From: Klebsiella pneumoniae
Lineage (GTDB): Bacteria > Myxococcota_A > UBA796 > SXON01
Assembly (NCBI GenBank): GCA_945867435.1
Contig: CAMBIK010000001.1
Span: 1 to 51,530 of the forward strand
Direction: 5' to 3'
DNA: 51,530 nt
Shown: in pieces, positions 46,093 to 51,530 of the stretch
Layout of the letters: each line of letters opens with the position of its first letter
How positions within the stretch are numbered: position 1 is the stretch's first letter
Notes under the pieces: generated by a model
The model's database searches: none
Seen by the model: only the letters and a program-made list of their open reading frames with translations
What the model was told of the DNA's origin: nothing
Program-made: the position numbers and the translations under genes

Positions 46093-46749
46093 ATGGCCAC
46101 CACCCTCCCGATCAGCACCGATGCCGTCACCGAGCGCATCAACGCCATGCGGATCGCCGCCGAGTCCTCGCTCGCCAGCGTCGAAGCCTACGCCGTCACC
46201 AACGCGCAGGCGTTGGCGAAGGTCGTGGGGTCGTACCGGGCGATCCTGGCCGACACCGGCTCGCGCATCATCCGGGCCCAGGTCCGCGTCATCCAGGCAC
46301 GGGCCGCGAACCCGACCGACCCGACGCTCATCGCGCTCGAACGTCGCACCGTCGAGCTGCTCACGGCCTGGACCGCGCACGCCCAGGGCTACATGCCCTA
46401 CGAGCGTCCCGCGTCCGACGCCGAGAAGGGTACCGCCGTCGCCGTCGGGTGGGCGGGGATCGTCATCGCGCTGGCCGTCGCCGGGGCGGTGATCGCCGTC
46501 GCGTTCACCGGCGTCGCGTGGGCCGTCGTTCACTACAAGGAGGCGCAGACGCTCTCCGACGAGGTGGCCCTCGTCGAGAAGAACCCGTCCATCGCCGACC
46601 AGCTCGCGAAGGTCAACCAGACCTCGCCCAGCTCGGCACCGCCCGACCCCACCAATCCCGCCTCCGGCGGCGGCTGGGGCTGGTTTCTCGCCGCGCTCGG
46701 CATCGCCGGAGCCGCCATCTACATCGTCCCGAAGCTCGGGAAAGGGTGA
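46093..46749 (+). CDS. Membrane protein with two TM segments
   Basis: 'VAVGWAGIVIALAVAGAVIAVAFTGVAWAVV' and 'GWGWFLAALGIAGAAIYIV'. GGAG lies 8 nt upstream of the ATG. Confidence 0.6.
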   Translation: MATTLPISTDAVTERINAMRIAAESSLASVEAYAVTNAQALAKVVGSYRAILADTGSRIIRAQVRVIQARAANPTDPTLIALERRTVELLTAWTAHAQGYMPYERPASDAEKGTAVAVGWAGIVIALAVAGAVIAVAFTGVAWAVVHYKEAQTLSDEVALVEKNPSIADQLAKVNQTSPSSAPPDPTNPASGGGWGWFLAALGIAGAAIYIVPKLGKG

Positions 46750-46755
46750 TTCCTC

Positions 46756-48399
46756 ATGGAAAAGTTCCGCCTCAACATTGTCGGTGCCGACGAGGACGTG
46801 CCCCGCGTCATGCTGGCCTACGGCCACGGCTGCGGCGGCGAAGTCGCCTTCGTGATGCGCCCGCGCGACAACACCGCGCTGCTCATCCACCAGGTCAAGA
46901 AGCAGCCGGCGAAGGTGTGGCGGACGGACCTGGGGCTGGCCCCGTCGCACGCGCCCGAGCTGGACGCCGCCCCGGCCGATGCCGTCGCGGAGATCCGCCG
47001 GATGAAGTCGAACCCGCCTCCGGCCGGGCCGGCGACGCTGCGCGGGACGTGGAAGGGGACGCTGTTCTGCACCGATGGGAAGCCCTCTGTGCGCCTCGAA
47101 CGCCGGGTGGCATCCTACGGCACCCTACACCTCGCATCGACGCCTGATGGCCGCTGGACGGCCACCTTCGAGCGGGCGCAGAAGTGGTTCTCGCAGGCGA
47201 AGCAGGAGGCGGTCACCCGCTCCTCGCTCACCGAGGCGATCACCACCGGGATGGGCCTCGTCGTCGGGCTCGTCAGCGAGGCGTGCTCCTTCCGCGACAC
47301 GCACCGCCGCAACACCGTCGATCCGGAATTCGCGGCGCAGTACCCCCCGCGCGCTCGGCCCGATCCCCGCGATCCCACCGACCGCTACAAGGGCAAGTCG
47401 AGCTTCCGCGCCATCGAAGGGGCGGACGGCTGGGTCGTCGTCAACGACGTGGGCGCGGTCGTGGCCAAGTTCGGGCTGCGCGAGAAGGGCAAGGCCGAGA
47501 AGCACGCCAGCGCACTCACGCGCGGGCAGGCTCCCGCCGCGACGGTTTCGCCGGACATCGCCAGCGGCTTCGGGCTCACCGGGATGCCCGGCATCCAGGT
47601 CGCCCCGACGCTCGCTGAGATCCCGATGCCGGAGAGCCCGTCGTGTCCCACGTCGGTCGCCAACATCGCGGCGTCCACCGAGAAGGAAGCGCAGGCCCTC
47701 GAAGGCTACGCGGACTCGCTGTGGGGCACCACCGAGGTGCCCGAGCTGCTCACGCGGGCGGCGAACCTGCTCCGTCACGCCGAGGCGCTCGTCAAGTCCC
47801 CGCTTTGTTCCGGCAAGGAGCAGAAGATGGCGTGGGAGGACCTGCGGCGGGGTGCCGACGCCTACACCCAGGCGCGTGACGCCTTCGTGCGCGGTGAGAA
47901 GCCCGACATCGTGAGCACGCTGCGGCGCATCTCCGAGCGCGTGTCGCTCGCGGCGGCGCGGGCGGCGAAGTCGTGCGCGGCCGGGCAGCAGAAGATCACG
48001 AACGCGCCCCGTTCGTCCAACGACATCGCCACCGGCATCGGCCGGCGCGAGTCGGGCTGGACCTGGGGCGACCGGGTGACCTGGCAGGGGCAGTTCTGGA
48101 TCGTGCAGGACGTTCGTGCCGACGGCTCGGTGAACATCCTGCGCGAAGGCACCGACCTCGCGGACACGGCACCGGCTTCCCAGCTCCGTGCCGCTCCCGC
48201 TCCGGGTCGGCCGACCGTGGCGATGCAGCCCGTGTGGCCGCCCGCTGCGGCCCCGATGAACGTGCCGACGACCCCGAAGGCAACGCGCACGCGCAAGCCG
48301 AAGGCCGCCGACGTGGACCCGGCGAAGGACCAGCTCCTCGTCAACGCTTTCGCCGACGCCATCAAGCAGGCCGCGCAGTCGATGGGAGGTGGGGCGTGA
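46756..48399 (+). CDS. Hypothetical protein (547 aa)
   Basis: Longest ORF of the rightward block. Small SH3/KOW-like stretch 'GDRVTWQGQFWIVQDVRADGSVNILREG'. No NTPase motif. Confidence 0.6.
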   Translation: MEKFRLNIVGADEDVPRVMLAYGHGCGGEVAFVMRPRDNTALLIHQVKKQPAKVWRTDLGLAPSHAPELDAAPADAVAEIRRMKSNPPPAGPATLRGTWKGTLFCTDGKPSVRLERRVASYGTLHLASTPDGRWTATFERAQKWFSQAKQEAVTRSSLTEAITTGMGLVVGLVSEACSFRDTHRRNTVDPEFAAQYPPRARPDPRDPTDRYKGKSSFRAIEGADGWVVVNDVGAVVAKFGLREKGKAEKHASALTRGQAPAATVSPDIASGFGLTGMPGIQVAPTLAEIPMPESPSCPTSVANIAASTEKEAQALEGYADSLWGTTEVPELLTRAANLLRHAEALVKSPLCSGKEQKMAWEDLRRGADAYTQARDAFVRGEKPDIVSTLRRISERVSLAAARAAKSCAAGQQKITNAPRSSNDIATGIGRRESGWTWGDRVTWQGQFWIVQDVRADGSVNILREGTDLADTAPASQLRAAPAPGRPTVAMQPVWPPAAAPMNVPTTPKATRTRKPKAADVDPAKDQLLVNAFADAIKQAAQSMGGGA

Positions 48400-48674
48400 G
48401 TCGGGCCTTTCTCTGGCTCGGCCCGGCGCTCCTGCTCGTGTCCTGCGTGGCGCGGGCGTTCGCTGCGGACCCCGATCCTGGGGCCGTGGCGGCCCCGCCA
48501 AGCGCGATCTCCATGCCGATGCCGGGTGGCGACTACCTGCTCTCGCTCGGGCCCTACGGGGCGCTTGTGTGGGGCGCTTATCTGCTCGGGAAGGGGGTGA
48601 AGGTCACCGTCCAGATCGAGCTGTCCGACCGCGACCGCGAGATCATCGAGAAGCTCGGCAAGGGGGCAGTATGA
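48396..48674 (+). CDS. Small secreted/membrane protein (92 aa)
   Basis: GTGA overlap. Signal 'FLWLGPALLLVSCVARAFA' plus 'GALVWGAYLLG'. Confidence 0.5.
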   Translation: MSRAFLWLGPALLLVSCVARAFAADPDPGAVAAPPSAISMPMPGGDYLLSLGPYGALVWGAYLLGKGVKVTVQIELSDRDREIIEKLGKGAV

Positions 48675-48967
48675 ACGTCGAGCTTCACGCGGACACCTCC
48701 GCTCGCGCGCCCTTCGTGGTGCGTCGTGACGACGTGCTTGCACCCTCGGATCGGCCTGTCTGCGATGCCGCGGTGACCTCCGACGGCCGCACCACGGAAG
48801 GCGCCGCGCTCTCCTTCCCGGCGTCCGAACCCGCATCCCGCCCGGTGCTCCCGTGGTGGCTCTGGCGTGTGGTCGTCGCCTGGGGCGCGCTCACGCTCGC
48901 CTCGCTCGTCGGCCCCTGCCGCCCACTTTCCCCGGCGCCGGCGTTGGCCGCGGAAGCATCCCCATGA
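48671..48967 (+). CDS. Small membrane protein (98 aa)
   Basis: ATGA overlap. TM segment 'VLPWWLWRVVVAWGALTLASLVG'. Confidence 0.45.
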   Translation: MNVELHADTSARAPFVVRRDDVLAPSDRPVCDAAVTSDGRTTEGAALSFPASEPASRPVLPWWLWRVVVAWGALTLASLVGPCRPLSPAPALAAEASP

Positions 48968-49019
48968 CCGCCCCAATGCCCATCATGGACGCGGTGGTCT
49001 CCGCCGGCTGCCGCCGCAA

Positions 49020-49286
49020 TCAACGCCGTTGGCGCGCCGTGATCGCCGCCGCCACCTTGTCGGCTGCCCGCGCGGCCCCGCTCGGGTCCACGACGACCAA
49101 CTCGACGTGCCCGCAGGCCACACACATCGCCGCGTTCAGTGGCCAATGTTTGGGTTCTCCGGTGAAACCCATCTCCCCGCCGAGGAACAGTCCAATCGTC
49201 GTGGTTTGTCCTTCCGTTCTGCCGAGTGCGAACACTCGCAATTCGGCAGACCCGCATCGCTGGCAGCTTCGATCAGCATCCGGCAT
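49020..49286 (-). CDS. Small zinc-ribbon protein (88 aa), antisense to the operon direction
   Basis: 'MPDADRSCQRCGSAEL...NAAMCVACGHVEL' has two CxxCG-x-x-EL knuckles about 45 residues apart. GAGG lies 7 nt upstream of the ATG. It competes with plus-strand shadow ORF 48964..49392, which shares the same third-codon positions. Confidence 0.5.
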   Translation of the reverse strand: MPDADRSCQRCGSAELRVFALGRTEGQTTTIGLFLGGEMGFTGEPKHWPLNAAMCVACGHVELVVVDPSGAARAADKVAAAITARQRR

Positions 49287-49388
49287 CAGTGAACCTCGCG
49301 TGCTTCGTGCTCGTCCTATCTCGACCCAGCCGGAGGCGTCCGCCGTCGGCTCCCACTCCAGCCGCCGTTCCGCCCAGGGAGGCTCCCC

Positions 49389-51530
49389 ATGAACGCCGCC
49401 GCACAGCTCCTCGACGCCGTCGTCCCCATCGTCCGCACCCGCCTCCCACGCGGCGTGGACATCGACTACCTCGACGATTTCGTGGACCGCAACCGGTCGA
49501 TGCTCGAACTCGTCATCGAGCAGAACCTCGGCCCGATCCTTCGCAAGATGGAGGCGGCGAACAACGCCCGCTTCCCCGTCGAGGACATCCCCGAGTTCTG
49601 GACGGCCTCGAAGCGGACCGCGGCGAACGTGGCCGCGATGGCGACTGCGGCGAACCTCTACGCCCAGAAGCGCGCCCCGAACCCCGACGAGCGCACGGTC
49701 CTCGCCGGGTACTCCGGCTGGGGCGGGCTCTCCATCGAACATGCCGCCGGCAAGTTTCCTCCCGGCTTTCCCCAGCCTGAAAGCCGAGGACTCATTCACG
49801 AGTTCTATACGCCGAGCAAGGTGGCGAAGGAAGTCGCCCGGCTCGTCGCCCCACTCGTTCCGAGCCTCCCGCATGACGGCCCGACCGTCCACGCCCTGGA
49901 GCCGTCGGCGGGCATCGGCCGCTTCCTCCGGGCGTTCGAGCCGGTGCCGGGCATCACCTGGCACGCCGTCGAGTGGTCGGAACTGTCGGCGCGGATGCTC
50001 CACGTTCTGCGCCCCGATGTGGACCTCATGCTCGCCCCGTTCGAGCGGTGGGTCCGCGAGAAGGGTGCCGCGGCGTCCGGTCGGCTCGGGCTGGTCGTCT
50101 CCAACCCGCCCTACGGCATCCGCGGGGCGTCCATCGCCGAAGATCCGGATCGGGTCTACCGCGAAAAGATGGCCTACCACTACTTTCTCCGCCGGGGACT
50201 GGATCTGCTTGCGCCGGATGGGCTCGGCGTGTTCCTGGTCCCCGGCGGCTTTCTGACCTCGCGGACGGCGCAGTTCGTCGCGCTCCGCGAGAAGGTGCTC
50301 AAGCGGCACCACCTGGCCGCCGCGTACCGGCTCCCGTCGATCAACGAGAAGCGCCGCGAGGCGATCTTCCCCGGCGCGATGCTGGTGACGGACCTCCTGT
50401 TCTTCCGCGCGCGTGGCGGTGAGCTGGACGCCTTCGACGCCGCCGACGAGGGCATCGTCGCGGGCGGCTACTTCAAGGAGTACCCCCGGCACATTCTCGG
50501 CCGCGAAGTCGGCGACGACCACGGCGAGGACGATCAGACCTCGAAGCCCCGCTGGGGCTACCAGGTGCAGGGCGAGTTCACGCGGCTCCCCGACCTTGTG
50601 GAACGCCCGATCTGCGGCGACTGCAAGATCCTCGCCTTCCCCGGCGCGAAGCAGCTTGCCGACGGGGCCGCAGCCGGAGGGCGGGTCGGCGTCACTCGCG
50701 TCACCGAGGCCGAGGTCACCGACCTCCCGCGCGAGCTCGCGTCCGCGGTCCTGCTCGGGCTCCGCGTGGACAAGTACCTCGCGCTGGTCGCCGCCGAGAA
50801 CGCCGAGGAGCCGCAGATGCTCTGGCCGGAGCTGTTCGAGGGGCTGACCGCCTGGCACACGACCAACGGCAACCCGCACGCGCTCATCGAGCTGGTGAAG
50901 CTCGCGCGCGCCGGGAACACCGGGGCAGAGCGTTTCCTCTCCGCGTTCGACCGGGCCGGGCACCTGATCGACGGGCTCCGTCGCAAGCCGCCCGCCATCG
51001 AGCCCCGGTTCACCGGCCGATCCGACGACGTGGTGGCGCAGGCCGAGCACCTCTACCGGCACGCCCGCGCGCTCTCGCTCCGCGAGCTGCTCGACTACCA
51101 CGCGGGCCTCGGCGGGCCGTTCACGCCCGACCAGGTGCGTGCGAAGGTGCTCGCGGGGGGCTGGTGCCTCGACGGCGACACGTTCACCGAGCTGTTCCCC
51201 GCCGAGGTGTACCTCTCCGGGTCGCTCTGGCCGAAGATGGACCGGGCGATGGTGCGTCCCGACGACGCCCAGGCGAAGGCCCAGGTCGCGCGGCTGCTCG
51301 ACGTGATCAAGCCCGCGATCTTCGACGACATCGAGGGTGTTTCCGCCCGCCAGGGCTGGCTCCCGCTCGACCTCGTGGCCCAGTGGGTGAACGCCACCTA
51401 CACCGGGTACGACGACGTGGAGTTCGTCCGTCAGGGCGGGCTTCTCGCCCCGAAGGGCTGGCAGTACGACCAGATGTCGAAGAAGGAGAACGCCGGGGAC
51501 ATGCACCCCGAGGTGCTGCTCATCCTCGGC
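49389..51530 (+). CDS. N6-adenine DNA methyltransferase domain protein, 5'-partial view of a large multidomain gene
   Basis: My own translation, because the ORF is open to the window edge and is absent from the track. 'YSGWGGLS', 'FYTPSKVAKEV', 'LEPSAGIGRFL' (motif I), 'VVSNPPYG' (motif IV). 'GGGAGG' lies 7 nt upstream of the ATG. 714 codons with no stop. Confidence 0.85.
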   Translation, partial: MNAAAQLLDAVVPIVRTRLPRGVDIDYLDDFVDRNRSMLELVIEQNLGPILRKMEAANNARFPVEDIPEFWTASKRTAANVAAMATAANLYAQKRAPNPDERTVLAGYSGWGGLSIEHAAGKFPPGFPQPESRGLIHEFYTPSKVAKEVARLVAPLVPSLPHDGPTVHALEPSAGIGRFLRAFEPVPGITWHAVEWSELSARMLHVLRPDVDLMLAPFERWVREKGAAASGRLGLVVSNPPYGIRGASIAEDPDRVYREKMAYHYFLRRGLDLLAPDGLGVFLVPGGFLTSRTAQFVALREKVLKRHHLAAAYRLPSINEKRREAIFPGAMLVTDLLFFRARGGELDAFDAADEGIVAGGYFKEYPRHILGREVGDDHGEDDQTSKPRWGYQVQGEFTRLPDLVERPICGDCKILAFPGAKQLADGAAAGGRVGVTRVTEAEVTDLPRELASAVLLGLRVDKYLALVAAENAEEPQMLWPELFEGLTAWHTTNGNPHALIELVKLARAGNTGAERFLSAFDRAGHLIDGLRRKPPAIEPRFTGRSDDVVAQAEHLYRHARALSLRELLDYHAGLGGPFTPDQVRAKVLAGGWCLDGDTFTELFPAEVYLSGSLWPKMDRAMVRPDDAQAKAQVARLLDVIKPAIFDDIEGVSARQGWLPLDLVAQWVNATYTGYDDVEFVRQGGLLAPKGWQYDQMSKKENAGDMHPEVLLILG

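Larger units (their letters stand above)
30214..51530. mobile_element. Integrated mobile genetic element; left end at tRNA-Pro, right end beyond the window
   Basis: A recombinase abuts the tRNA, followed by a prim-pol/helicase/iteron replication module, orphan gene blocks and a large methyltransferase. I saw no REP-like chromosomal repeat inside it. Confidence 0.7.

Noticed and set aside
47599-47609. 11-nt match 'GTCGCCCCGAC' to the 3' end of tRNA-Pro as a possible attR core
   Set aside because: Too short to be significant in GC-rich DNA. It lies in-frame inside a long CDS and is not flanked by the hairpin seen at 30218..30256.
45694-48836. Minus-strand ORFs 45694..46950, 47125..48501 and 47862..48836
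   Set aside because: All are Arg/Gly/Pro/His-rich and overlap one another in different frames, opposite a coherently coupled plus-strand gene chain.
49020-51506. 828-aa minus-strand ORF covering the whole right end
   Set aside because: Except for its last 88 codons (the zinc-ribbon candidate), it is Val/His/Leu/Arg/Gly/Glu-rich. It lies antisense to a plus-strand frame with clear methyltransferase motifs, so it is a classic high-GC shadow ORF.

Overview
This is a strongly GC-rich bacterial chromosome segment with Myxococcota hallmarks: MYXO-CTERM-like tails, Myxococcus-type cysteine-rich repeats, an FG-GAP lipoprotein and a Ser/Thr-kinase/cyclase/AAA/TPR fusion. All calls come from reading the ORF translations and the DNA by eye; no database search was run. 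Positions 1 to about 30.1 kb hold ordinary housekeeping and accessory genes. These include tdk, a DCC oxidoreductase, a patatin-like lipase, an MFS transporter, a CysQ/IMPase phosphatase, hutI, lon, recX, tesB and a MaoC dehydratase. glgC is split by a frameshift in a C9 run. A lipoprotein carries an (Asp-Thr)26 tract encoded by a hexanucleotide array. A hairpin-containing REP-like element of about 75 bp occurs four times in intergenic DNA. At 29.0-30.0 kb a beta-helix/MYXO-CTERM gene has been gutted by a decayed IS3-family fragment, directly next to tRNA-Pro(TGG) at 30137-30213. From the tRNA to the right edge (more than 21 kb) lies what I read as an integrated mobile element. It begins with a large serine recombinase whose ORF runs antisense into the tRNA. 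Next come an 813-aa orphan protein and a replication module (prim-pol-like gene plus DUF927 P-loop helicase), followed immediately by a dense TGTGGGGAC iteron array around AT-rich patches, a candidate origin. Beyond that are a leftward operon of acidic proteins, a repeat-rich divergent control region, and a translationally coupled rightward block. That block encodes orphan beta-rich, acidic-repeat and small membrane proteins. The window ends inside a large N6-adenine methyltransferase. I recognised no terminase, portal, capsid, tail, relaxase or T4SS gene, so this element is the best candidate for something undescribed. Many long ORFs in the track are antisense shadows typical of high-GC DNA and were discarded.
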